Positions 1-11,800 of a stretch of DNA of 64,000 bases are shown one piece after another. The notes under the pieces are model-generated. The model searched no databases. It saw nothing but the letters and a program-made list of their open reading frames with translations, and was not told the origin of the DNA. The translations under genes were made by a program, and so were the position numbers. Positions within the stretch are counted from its first letter, which is position 1, and the number at the start of each line of letters is the position of its first letter. This stretch comes from Lytechinus pictus (lineage: Eukaryota): NCBI RefSeq assembly GCF_037042905.1, contig NC_087245.1, positions 17,052,001 to 17,116,000 of the forward strand, in the 5' to 3' direction.

Positions 1-29
1 CATCCCAACTCAAATGCATTCCTTAAGTT

Positions 30-142
30 CAGTAGCGGACCGTGACCCGAAGGAGACAAATGATTGGAGGGGCACTGTATTCTTTGTGAACAATGTTGTG
101 CCCCTCCAATGCTTTGTCTCCTCGGATCACGGTCCGCCACTG
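30..142. mobile_element. Palindromic hAT-like MITE
   Basis: ~45-bp imperfect inverted arms (cagtagcggaccgtga.../...tcacggtccgccactg); 8-bp TSD cttaagtt 22-29 and ctgaagtt 143-150 (7/8 identical). Confidence 0.8.
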
Positions 143-300
143 CTGAAGTTCATGCCGAGTTTTGAATGTAGACGCCAAAACTACGTTCGGCGAGTCCTGA
201 GAAACAAACGTTATTGAATGTAATTATGTTATCACCCTACTTCACAATTATATCTAAAACATGACAGAACTTAAGCACTTCAAATATGTTCATTTTTGGT

Positions 301-331
301 GGGGTTCACTAACATTTTGAGCACCACTGTA
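301..331. mobile_element. Probable terminus of a Tc1/mariner-like element (other end outside the window)
   Basis: Reverse complement reads TA|CAGTGGTGCTCAAAATGTTAGTGAACCCC, a Tc1-type TIR with TA target. Confidence 0.45.
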
Positions 332-452
332 TGTCGAGGCGGATCCCCTCATTTTCAACATCTTGACAACAACTAACAACAGTTAAAGAAATTAACTTGT
401 TCAGCGGTTACAAGTCTACTTGGAAGTTTTGTTTCCCTCTTTTTTTTATCAG

Positions 453-586
453 ATATTTCAATACCAAATACAAACGCGCCCAAGCCCCTCATGTTGTCAT
501 GCATTACGCTGCTGGAGCAAGACTCATTGGCCTGACTGAAAAACAACTAGCTCAACATCTTGATCGCCTGCAGGAAAGCAATGAAG
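453..586 (+). CDS. EFCAB3: EFCAB3-like protein, internal exon (YFNTKYKRAQAPHVVMHYAAGARLIGLTEKQLAQHLDRLQESNE)
   Basis: Polypyrimidine tract plus cag acceptor (AG 451-452); open frame; ends AAG|GCAAGT (GC donor, phase 1). The peptide resembles, from memory, the EFCAB3 segment YFQRKF...[25 protein letters not shown]. Confidence 0.75.
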
Positions 587-1519
587 GCAAGTGCCACTGT
601 TAAATTTTGTTTTCCCATTGTCATGATAAAAGGTAGGATCATTAAAAAAAAACATCAACTGAATTAAGAACTTTGAGGGCCTATTCCTAACAATTGTTTC
701 TGCCGACTGGCGTGGTTCCGCCAATATATCAATACACTTTTCCAAAAAATACTATGCAGCTGTTTTATTCATCCATGACTACAGACTTAACATTTCATTC
801 AGAGTCGACACTTTCCCTTTTTTAAATCGATGCTGAACACTTCATCACCGCGTATATATTCATATTGTGCACTACATAAAAAAAAAAAAAAAAAACAGGA
901 CGTTTACAATGAAAACAGCCGTGTTGAAACTTAAACACCCCATCATTGACTTTTAGGGCCGGGGGTGTTGAAGGCAATAACACCATAAACCTATAACATC
1001 GGTGTATTTGAGATTCCTCTTTGTACATCGAAGGTCTGGTTTAACTTTACAAGTTTTGCATTGTCTAGAAAATTGATGCTAAAAAATCAACTCAGGTTGA
1101 TAGAAATAGATACTTTAATATCGGGGGAAAGTGACGATATTCTTGAAAAAAGGGTAATTATCTGAGTAGAATACAAAATAAATCTACCGGGTTTGTTTAC
1201 AATCTGGTATTTTTTCAATAGTAAAGATAAGTGTTCGTCTAATAAGATGGGCACAAATATTTGAAAAGTCCTAAATTTATTTGGTTAACTTCGGTTTCAA
1301 ATTCAATTAAAGATTAACCAACAACTTAAGAAAAATGAACACAAATGAAAGTTACTGCTTTTTATTAATGTCATCAAAGCTGGAAGATACAAAAAGGCAT
1401 GGCACATTTTATTAATTAAACGATATCAATACTTGAAGCATTATATAATTAATCCCTATTATCTATACCCCCTATAAAATCAATCTTTTTACCCCTTTCT
1501 ACGATGCTGAATCACCCAG

Positions 1520-1752
1520 AGTACGACTATAAGTCCCCCTACGCAGAACCTCTCAGAATCATGCTCGCTCCACAGCGAAACGTAAGGAAGAAGAAGAAGA
1601 AGAAGAAACGTATAAAGGATGAAACAGTGGATGTCCCTGATGAACGTCCTCGACTCACTGGAAAGATTCGAATTCGGGTTCACTTTAAGTCGGAAGATGA
1701 CAACACAACCAAGGTGGAGGAGAACAAAAAAGAGGAGGAACTTGTTAGTCAA
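1520..1752 (+). CDS. EFCAB3: EFCAB3-like exon (EYDYKSPYAEPLRIMLAPQRNVRKKKKKKKRIKDE...EEELVSQ)
   Basis: cccag acceptor (AG 1518-1519), phase 1 start matches the previous exon; CAA|gtaaga donor, phase 0; SPY motif as recalled for EFCAB3. Confidence 0.75.
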
Positions 1753-2255
1753 GTAAGAAGAATAATAATAAAAAAAAGTTTTAAGATTTGTTAGTGTCCC
1801 CCTCGATCTATGTCATATTTGTAGAGCAGGTTTATCTAAAAGGGTGGCAGTTGTGGGGTTGAAGGACAAGTTCCCCCCGGTTTTTTTTGTGTGGACCCCT
1901 TCCCCAGATATTTAAAAAAAAAGTGTAAAGTAACGATTAGAACACTTCATCGAAACTTACAGATTTTGATATTGTAATATTGCAATTTTCTTCCCATTCT
2001 GAACCAATTTGTAAACAATGGATGTCAAATGGAAGAAAAAGTATGCTTATTTCATCTAGAAATTAGTTTATCATCAAACTGAATGTATTTAGTTCTCTTT
2101 GAACTTGAATTTTGTGGAAATTTCAATCTTGATCCAACTTTGTTTCTCCATCGAAACAAGAGTCTTATATCTTGTCAGTTCTCTCCCCCGACTCGTCCCT
2201 GTTAACTTTTCACGTCCGTCATCTCACATCACCGCTCCCATAACTTCATGTACAG

Positions 2256-2402
2256 GTTGTTGGACAGGATACCAAGAAGAAGAGGAGGGAATGGGTTCCT
2301 CGTCTAGGCTGGATCCAGCCCAATGTGAAGAGGATTGCTGATCGTCTTCCCAAGATGAAGATCATTCAGACCATGGATGATCTCTCAGGTATCAGGCAAA
2401 AG
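2256..2402 (+). CDS. EFCAB3: EFCAB3-like exon (VVGQDTKKKRREWVPRLGWIQPNVKRIADRLPKMKIIQTMDDLSGIRQK)
   Basis: tacag acceptor, 147 nt = 49 open codons, AAG|gtatga donor, phase 0/0. Confidence 0.8.
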
Positions 2403-2962
2403 GTATGAAAATCAAAGATTCTACTTCGAGATTCGAGATTTTTATGCAATTTTCATGTAAAAATAAGCATATAACAAAAAAAATACTCATAGCATGAATA
2501 GTATCGTTGTCAATAATACAATAGCATTATAATTTTTTAGTAAAACAGAAAAAAAATCGTATAAAGTAAGCATGCATATACGAAAATACTGAACATGCTG
2601 AATATGAGTTTCCTCAGCGTGTCGAGCCGCTTTGTATAAATCTCCCGGCACAGTTGCAATGTCGGGGATGGTGATGGTGCTGCTGCTGACGAAGATGATG
2701 ATGACTCATCAGAGGGTGTTTAAAATTTATTAAATTCTTGCAAACATGGTAAGGATTATCAATTCTTCGGGGGGGGGGGGGCTGTAGAATTGTGGACATA
2801 CATGACATAAATTCCTTGTCAGCAGGTCGCACTTAACAAAACATTTATGTTCCAGTTTCGTCTTTGAGCAAATATGTACTGAGGCTTATGTTTGATGTTG
2901 GATTCAACATGAATACAATATAGACGATTATGAACACATTCCATTTCTTTCCTTGCTCCTAG

Positions 2963-3133
2963 ATCCAAGCAGCAACCAAGGAATACGATCACGATCTGGC
3001 CATCAGCAGACGACGCGCCAACAACCTTTATTGGAAGACTCTCAGATGTGATAAAATGAATGAGACTCAATTGATTAATTTCAAACGAGTGTTTCACGCT
3101 TACAGTGACATAGGCAAACTCGTAGCTGTTTAA
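2963..3133 (+). CDS. EFCAB3: EFCAB3-like terminal coding exon (IQAATKEYDHDLAISRRRANNLYWKTLRCDKMNETQLINFKRVFHAYSDIGKLVAV*)
   Basis: tttctttccttgctcctag acceptor, phase 0, TAA at 3131-3133. Aligns by eye to recalled EFCAB3 [30 protein letters not shown]...FYDTFSTY. AATAAA at 3468-3473 is a possible polyA signal. Confidence 0.8.
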   Translation: MQAATKEYDHDLAISRRRANNLYWKTLRCDKMNETQLINFKRVFHAYSDIGKLVAV

Positions 3134-4120
3134 ACCAAAATTGCATCAGTACATCTATTAGGATATATGCAATGGCCTAATTGATAGAAGGAATAATTGC
3201 ATAATAACAAAGGGAAATGAGCGGAAATTAAATTGAAGTCACCGAGGTGACAGAGTTTTTAATTATCATAGTATTCTATACATGGTTGCAACATGGAAAT
3301 GAAGCGCAATAGGTGCAGATTTAAAGCAGGTTAACCATACTGATATTCCATGCTTTTCTTTGTTTTCTCTCGATGTTAATGCATCTATTTTGATAAGGGT
3401 GTTTCCTTATTCACTGATTGATATACGTTTTCAATCTGAATTTAGATGGAGACGACTGATAAAAGACAATAAACATAATGAATTCTGTCAGGTTTCGAGA
3501 GTTATTTCGTTTGTTTTGGTTTTTGCTTTGTCTAGAGACTCCAAATACATTACTGCTTAATGTAACCATCAATATACAGTATAAGCATACAAAACATCTT
3601 TAAATAGACGGTCACTTCGTGTCCTTTCGTAATTTCTATGCAGGAATTGTTTTGACTGTAGGCCACAATTTGTTTACGAAATCAGGTACCAGGTACATAA
3701 GTATAAACCTCGGGGTAAACCTATTATCAGTTGCTACATTGTACCAAGGATTGAGATCGGAAAACTTTGTTAAAAAAAAACACACAATCCGTCTTCCCCT
3801 GGCAAATTTTCTACTTCCAACTCACTGTTTTAGGCGAAATACCATTAACAAACTTTTCGAATATCAGACGTGAATCACGAACGGAATAAAATGCATTGGC
3901 AATATAATAGTCAGCTTTCCAAAATCAGTTACTTGCACAGCGCCCTCTACAGAATTAGCTTCCAAATTTCTATTGACCATCCCTTTTATCCACTGAGTAC
4001 AGTATACTAATCTGTAGTATACAGATCAGTGGAACCACTCAATTGTGAAAGAATGCCAAAATAAGAAGTGGGACTCCTCGTACTCGATGGCACTTCTCCC
4101 ATGAATGAATACATAGTACA

Positions 4121-4262
4121 CACCTGTGTTCGGAAGGGGCGGACTGCTTCACACGTGTATCAGATAATGGATTTTACCTTGGATTACTGTACACACCAAG
4201 ACGGGCTATAAATAATAGATCTTGATGGAAACAGGAGATATATAGTTTGCTATATAAAAAGG
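4121..4262 (+). promoter_or_regulatory. Candidate muscle-type promoter of the MLCK gene
   Basis: E-boxes CACCTG 4121-4126 and CACGTG 4152-4157, GC box GGGGCGG 4136-4142, MEF2-consensus CTATAAATAA 4206-4215, TATATAAAAA 4251-4260, all just upstream of a short ATG exon with a strong donor. Confidence 0.4.
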
Positions 4263-4390
4263 TGCAAACTCTTGTCGAGATATGGTATCTGTGATATCGT
4301 CTGCTACTGTTGATGGTGCTACGACTATTAAAGTCTGATTGAGTTGGTAGAGTTTTTTGAGAGAGGACACCTGAGGACTCTGCAGCAGTC

Positions 4391-4409
4391 ATGACTGGGA
4401 GACAACGGG
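4391..4409 (+). CDS. Candidate first coding micro-exon of MLCK (MTGRQR-G)
   Basis: gtcATGACTGGGAGACAACGGG|GTGAGT. Its phase 1 end joins in frame to exon 37143 (GG ATG TCC...). No homology support. Confidence 0.4.
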
Positions 4410-4759
4410 GTGAGTAAAGCTATACCAAGTTGAGTCTTTGAAAGTTGGTCTTAAGGAATGCTATGTATTTTGGTCATTTCCTATGCATGCGTTCTTGATC
4501 CATTGAGTTTTGGTCTTCAATTTACATTCGAGCCCTAGCTGGACTCGAATCCCTATAACCCCCACCCCACTCCCCATAACCAAAATAACATTCTCTCTCT
4601 CTTTCTACTTGCCATGGAAACTGGGAGAGAGTTATTTGAGCCCGTTACATATCCATGATCTAACATGTCTAATGTTGCCAGTATTTTACAAGACTTTATT
4701 TGATTCTTGCCAGTCTACCACTTTCCCTTAAAAAGCTAGCACCTAGGCCTACTTCTTTG

Positions 4760-4908
4760 TAGCCTCTTGAGGCTCTTGTCGAGGCCCTGGTGGCTGCTTC
4801 CCGAGCGAAGCGAGGGATAGCTAATTCGCAAAGCGTATTATGCATGGCGAGCAGCGAGCCTGGCGCATTGCTCGGGATACCAGGGCCTCGACAAGAGCTT
4901 TCTGGCTT
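4760..4908. mobile_element. Short palindromic MITE
   Basis: Perfect 20-bp inverted repeat gctcttgtcgaggccctggt 4772-4791 / accagggcctcgacaagagc 4879-4898, plus inner cccgagc/gctcggg. Confidence 0.7.
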
Positions 4909-5956
4909 TTACCCACATAAATCGGATTGAAGAGGTACAGCCAGTGAGCCAGGTTTATACCAACTATTTTACAATAGCAGACCAAGTTATCAATGTTTAG
5001 CTACATACATTTTTTTTCATTAAATCTTCTTCAGTGAATAGACCTACCTGTAGAATTCACCTTGTATACCTGCTGTGTGACAAGTAGGAATGTTACTGTC
5101 TGTATAATGACTGTATAATGCAAGGCTGCTATCAATTAATCTTTAAAATCTGCAAATTTGACAGGATTCGCAATCATTTTACCCAGACTAAGACTAACTT
5201 TATCAATGTTTGTTTACATGTACTGTAGCTCCATCCACTGGCGTACAGATCGTAGTCCGCATGCACAGACCCTGATTGAAACTTTGATCAACAAGTGGGT
5301 CTCCATACAAAGACTAGCACATCCAAAACTTGCTGTTTCACAGGGCCTTCAGTACACAAGGCATTAATAGGCTGTACATTCAGACCCTTAAAGCAAAAAC
5401 TCAGTCTTAAAATTAGATTTCTTCTGAAAAAAGTAACAAATTTTCGCTCTTTTTTTGTTGCTCGTTGGTAAATCGTTTATTCATTTTGTTTAAATGTCGC
5501 CCCATGCGCTATGTTATGCCCCTAAAAGTTTGTCTTATTTGTGCATCGGTAAACAAATCTTTACATCACTTAAACTGTGCATTCACTCGAACGGGACGAT
5601 CTACTTTACTGATTTTCATGCGGTCGGTAGTAAAAAAAAAGAAAAAAAGGAAGCGATAAATGGCCAAACCAGGGCAAGTTGATCAGTGCATAGGCGCCAC
5701 AACGTTTTGGTCAGTAAATTATTTTAAAGGGCGGTTTGCCCATCCCGCCTCTATTCAGACCGCTCAAAAGTCGATCGAGACTTAAGCCTATTGGCTCTAA
5801 TGACTCTGTTTAATTTCCCGAGGTTCCTCCCTACAATGTCACTCACGATGTGGCCTAACATACTTTCATCCTGTTACACAACATTGCGAAATGAATTAAT
5901 CAGAGATTTAATATTACTAACTTACGTTATGGAACAAGGCCCTGTATGCCTACCTG

Positions 5957-6084
5957 GGTCCCGTAACACAAAGGTTAGCAATTGATCGTACGCTTGATTT
6001 CCAAGATTGATTGTACATTGTAGTCAATGGAATCAATCGTAACAAAAGTTCTACGATCATTACTAAGCTTTGTGTTACGGGCCC
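5957..6084. mobile_element. MITE with CWG TSD (PIF/Harbinger-related)
   Basis: TIR ggtcccgtaacacaaag / ctttgtgttacgggccc; CTG on both flanks. Confidence 0.75.
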
Positions 6085-6803
6085 CTGGTCAGGAAATTAT
6101 TCTAATTACTTCCAGCAAATACCTCACCAGTACTTAAAACCAAATGGTCATGATGGTTGTATTTATCATCTGCCGGTGATTTGCTATGAAACCGTTTAAC
6201 TTTTTTATTGCGTATAGGCCTATAATAATTCGACATTTAAACCCCCAAATAAGATGTTGAAATTTGATTGCCATGAATCTTTATTATATACATGTAGTTT
6301 AGGAGGAATGGGGCAGGTACACCCAACACACACACCCTCACCCCCACACACACACCATGATAAACTCTGCGGAGTTTTATCAAACTCTGGAAACGGATAC
6401 TAGCCATGTTACAATTTAGCATGCAGTAACATTTCTACAGTGTCATAACATTTAGACCTATCTGCTATAACATTTATATCAAGCATGGGCGATGGACGCA
6501 GATTATTTGTTAAATGGGACTGGGTTACCCGCCAATGTATGTTTATCTATCCCCCGGTCAGGGGAGATCCCCATCGATCTCTCGCTCGTTGTCGATTCAT
6601 CAGCATCAACCACGCTCTGTCGCACTGCTTGACATCTCTACATGTTTGATGTACTATTTATAAACAGAATTCCCCCTTCGAGCCTCGTCTCAAATACCAC
6701 CTGATAAATATTGCTTCAGAAGACCACAATTCATTAAATAATATATATAACGAGAATAGTATGATATTGATATTGTCTTTGCTGAGTTCATCCGAGACAT
6801 TCC

Positions 6804-6859
<56 letters not shown>

Positions 6860-6865
6860 CAGCAT

Positions 6866-6918
<53 letters not shown>

Positions 6919-6965
6919 TAGTAGTAGAAGGCCTAGTAGTAGTAGTAGTAGTAGTAGTAATAGTA
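6804..6965. repeat. (TAG)n microsatellite
   Basis: Read directly; source of the poly-L/poly-T ORF 6788..7057. Confidence 0.97.
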
Positions 6966-7861
6966 GGAGGAGGAGGAGGGGTGACAGTTTGAGCAACAGC
7001 AGCAGGAGGAATAATATTGATTAATATCATAAATATTAGATTTTTATCATATATCACTCCTCCCGTATGACAATGGAAGTGAAAAGTCTAATTGAATTTA
7101 AAATATGGTATCCCCCTGGTGCAAACTGAATCCACTTACCATGCTTATAGCGGCGTTCCATAATTTCTTGAGCCCAGTCTCGGTCTTATACATGTATATC
7201 CTTCATAAATTATGTCACCTTCAACCATATTTGAATAACGAAATAAATTCAAGTTTTCTCTCTCCTTTTTCATTATAATTTACTGAATAAAGTAATAAAC
7301 TGACTACTGAAGCACATAAGTATACTATACTCGAAACAAATTTATTTGGGTTTTCTTTACAATCGGCACCCCCCCCCCTTCCTCCTCCCCATACCTCTGA
7401 TGGATATCATCATAAATTAGGTGTGTAATACTGAATTGCTTCTCGTGAGCTGATATCTACCTATTAATCTTTTTCTTTCAATGATAATCTCGTGAGAAGC
7501 GAATTATTGTTTGTGTAATCACTTCAACCATGTCATTATAGGTCACAATCAAATAGAGTGACAAGGTAACAAAGCTTTGATTTGGGATAATACTTCAGAA
7601 CTCACGTCTGAATAGATCACATCATACTTTTTATTTATTTTACGTCAGATTTTGGAGGAGCCAATCGATGAATTAAATCAATTTTGTTTGCTCATCGAAC
7701 TTGCTTCATTCACATCTTGTTCAGAGTGCATTATGAAACGGTTTGATAGACGAGTAACCGTCAGCACTATATTAACACCAGCCGGTATCTATATCGGCCC
7801 ACACCAGAGAAGTATTGAACCAACACCGATATTGGTTTAACACTAATCGGTGTTGCTTACT

Positions 7862-8014
7862 CAGGGGCCGCGGAACGGTTTACAAAGTGGGGGGGGGGGG
7901 GGGGGCTGACCATGCTAAAATCACAATCATATTGTCATTTTTACGTTTATGTACACGGTTTTGGAAAAAAGGTGGGGTCCTGAAGCCCCCCCCCCCCCTG
8001 TTCCGCGGCCCCTG
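7862..8014. mobile_element. hAT-like poly-G MITE inserted in an older palindromic repeat (~7770-8128)
   Basis: Perfect 15-bp TIR caggggccgcggaac / gttccgcggcccctg; the flanking sequence has degenerate inverted arms (taacacc.../...ggtgtta). Confidence 0.7.
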
Positions 8015-8515
8015 TAATACTTGCTTGAATGCCAAATTGCTGTTAGCCTAACGGTAGACCGGTTGTTTCAACACCTCTCCGATGTGGACACCAGAGTGGT
8101 GTTAAATTAACACCGGCGTCTTTGCAGTTTATAAGGATTATAATGATTATAGTGAAAGGTATCACAAACGTGTAGTTAGATATTGCCTTTGAAAATATAG
8201 ATTTTTACCTGGTGTTCAATAAAACTGTATTAAATTTATGGTGTGTTTACTAGGACAGTTAGTACATGCAGGAAATATGTTGACAGTGAAAATAATTTAT
8301 ATTGTGATAATAGCGCTGAACCGGATGTACGTCCGACTATTAAAATGTGTATCATGAGTCAATAGTTCACCTTCTATATAAGACACAAGCGTTATACAAA
8401 AGTTGATAGTGGAATGTTTAATAATGATTTTGAATATATTTTTTTGCTTTTTTGTGTGTTTATCCTGGTTATTTAAAATACTTGCTTTACCCAAGCCAAA
8501 CACCTTCGAGACAAT

Positions 8516-8813
8516 AGCGTATTTTAGCATCAACTTCGCAGACGCTTTCTTCAACCTTCAGAATCTATTTAAAATGCCCGTCAAATCACAATGGACAGAT
8601 CAGAGGTCATCGTCAAAAGTTGGTGGACCATGCCAGCACATCGTCTTAAGATTTGGACCAGACAACATATTACGTCGTCTGTTCGGAGTCCAGGACAACA
8701 CTGCTGTTTTTATTCTGAGATTTTCGAGAAAGGCTGTTTTGTTATGAAGGGCTTTTGATAAAAGGCTATATGTGCTATAGAAAGCGTCTGCGAAGTAATT
8801 GCTAAAATGGCCT
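8516..8813. mobile_element. MITE with AG..CT ends and AAT TSD (PHIS/Harbinger-related)
   Basis: TIR ttttagcatcaacttcgcagacgctttct / agaaagcgtctgcgaagtaattgctaaaa; aat on both flanks; interior shares gtcaaatcacaatgga...gttggtggacc with the element at 42975. Confidence 0.75.
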
Positions 8814-11800
8814 AATAAACAAGATAATGGAGCATTGTAGTAAAGACATTACAAATTATAGTCCGGTATCCTACAAGTGGTACAATGATAGAGACTGATA
8901 GAATATTATTAGTAAATTTATTAACAAACAAATAAAAATTATAAACAGGTTAGAACCACGAGGCCCATGGTTTAACGGGATAGGGCATATTCGTTTCAAA
9001 CCATAGTAACAGACATGACAAGACAAAGACATGAAAAGAAGAGGTAAAGGTAATTCTACCGATGGATAAATTCTGGAATGTAGATCACGTTGATGACCGT
9101 CCATACAAGGCCATCTTTCCACTTCAGTCAATACCAATGGACTATGGCCATGATGAATGACCATATGCATTGCAAAAATTAACAGAAATTGACTCTCTAT
9201 TTTTGCTAGATATAGGCCTATGCATTACCAAATGATTATGTCTGACTTTAATACTGTGATAAATGGGTACGAAGTAAATTGCGTTTAAATTGACTTTTCC
9301 CGTTAATACTTGTAGGAGGAGATGTTTGTTTTCATTTTTAAATCATAGAAATATATTTCAGGTTTATGTTACATATCCATATCCCGGATCCAAATTGCAG
9401 TCCTATAGGGATAGATGCAGAGACGACTTTATCATAACGTCATAACATGGAGATTTGATAGACAAAGGTATTTTGAGCATCCCCCCTCAAAAAAAGAGCA
9501 GAACATGGCGAAGGGGCAATATTTCTTTTAAATATACCTTATTAAAACCAAAATTTATGATAGAGATTGATATTCGTATTTTCGTATTATTATTATAATT
9601 ATTGTTATATTATTGTCATTATTGTTATCATTATTGTCATTATTATTATTGATAATTTTTTTTATTCATTAATTATTATAATTATTATGTTTACTATTTT
9701 TTTTTTTTGGGGGGGGGGGGGCGCAAGTGCCCCAAGCCCAAATATATACGGTTAGTGATGACAGTGGCAGCATGGATTGGTCGTATTCGACAGGAGAGCT
9801 GACATACAGTACCTAAACCCCCCTAGGACATGTAGCATAAGACACTTGAATGACAAATAAAAGTTATTTTAAGTCAAACCATGGACCTAAACATGAAACG
9901 TTACCACATTTATGTCTCAGGGGTTTGTAGGTAAACCAAAGTGGCTGCAATGGTTAAGCCTGTTTTTCCCAATTCAAGCAATGATGTAAATGATACGCAC
10001 AGCGAGGTAGCTGTCCTACGATATTATTTTTAAGTGAAAACTATACATTCTTCTTGCTTTTGACACGGATACCCTGCATCACGGATATGGGATCTTTGAT
10101 TAATCATCGAAAGACAAGATATTACAGAATGAAACATGTGTCTTCACATATGCGACAAAGGAGATGTTTTGTCTAAATGTATTGATCTACGTTTATATCA
10201 ATCAAAATATCAAATACTCGGCCAGTAGTCTGTGAGCAAAGACCCTGGGCACCAGTACTTGTTATATTATTAACGACATGAACGAGTGGTTCATGTGACA
10301 AGTCTCGCAAGTCCCGTTTTAGAGCCTTGCAAAGTCAGAGATTTTTCCTTGAAACAAAAGGATTTGCGATACAATCTACCCGACCAGATTTACAGCTTCA
10401 TGTATGTAGGAAATATATATTCATTCAAGTAAAAATGCAAAAATTGAACTTGTTTTTTTTTGCCCTTGCCATGTGAAGCCAGCTGAGCCATTTTGACCAG
10501 AGTCTAGAGTGTTTAGTCCTCGACGTCTTTGATAACTTTCCTATGGTCGGATTAAACCTCTTTTGTTATATAGCTTAAAGAATATTGAAGTTCAATAGGA
10601 ACACCTACCACAAGGAAGATTAAAAATCACGAACTATTCTTCCTGCTCGGGGAAATGAGTTTAGGTCACCACTCATCAATGAATACATGATAAGCAAGGG
10701 CAACAACAACAACAACACTGACCGACCTACTTACAAAATAAATCTAGAGGTATGAATAGAGTTCCTTTCGTAACTACAGGTAAGGACTGGCTACGCCCTC
10801 AAATTCGATTTCAAAGGACGTCAATTCGAAGAGCAATGATAGACCATTGATATATCTGACAATAGATCAATGGATAGACCTCCAAGATTTGTCAAAGTAA
10901 AGCTACGATTGTTGAAGACTGACCTTTATTTTATACCCGTGTTACTGGACTTTGCTCATCTTTTTGTTGAAATGATGGCATTCCAGCAATGTCAATATCA
11001 ACAAAATATTAACACACCTCCGGATAAAGAACTTTAGAAAAATCATATCTAAATAAATATGAATTTTTAAATACTTCTTGGGAATATTGATATTACCATG
11101 TGTGCTCCTCTGTGTTAAAATGTTTGAATATTTGCATGGTATCCAAAATCTATATAGAGCTTGATGATTAGTGTTGCTTTACATGTAGCTGCAGCATTCC
11201 ATTCTAGCTTCATTCTCATGTATCGTATTGGTGTTAAAATTGAACTATATTTTGTTTTACAAGGGCCCTGACCATGTAGAACTCGTGGGAACTGTTGTTA
11301 ATTCTGAATAATGTCCAATGAACGATGTTGACTAAACTCTTAAAAAAAAAATACTCGTACCAAGCTTTATCTCAGGTTTTTATGTAGTGGTGGATGTTAT
11401 AATTAGTTGTCACTTACGAATATGGGAATATAAACTGTTTCAATAACCAGCAAGATAGTCCACCATTCATGTTTGTGGAGATTGAGATGGGGTAGAGATG
11501 ACATGGTGTGGGATATCGTGTTGGGATAGAGTTATTCCAGCAGCTTTAGGGTTGAGCGGAGATGTTTCCATTGTTGAAAATAAAAATCTTACTTAGGAAT
11601 GTATGTGTAATAAACTATGAGTTGAAGGCAGCTATCACTAAACTTATTTAATTCATTGAAAAAAAAACGAGAATTACAGTTCTTGTGCTTAAAAAGCGCA
11701 TGCACCTTGTCATTTGATTTGGAGTATGAAATCGGGGAAGAAAATACTCTGCCGTTAAGCATTTCAAAGTAAATGGTGTTGTAACGCTCCCCAATACAAT

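Noticed and set aside
6788..7057. Poly-Leu/poly-Thr ORF, and similar ORFs at 17124-17942, 19495-20125, 23342-23737, 30843-31218, 49711-50178 and 51567-51909
   Set aside because: Translations of microsatellites or polypyrimidine tracts, with no coding evidence.
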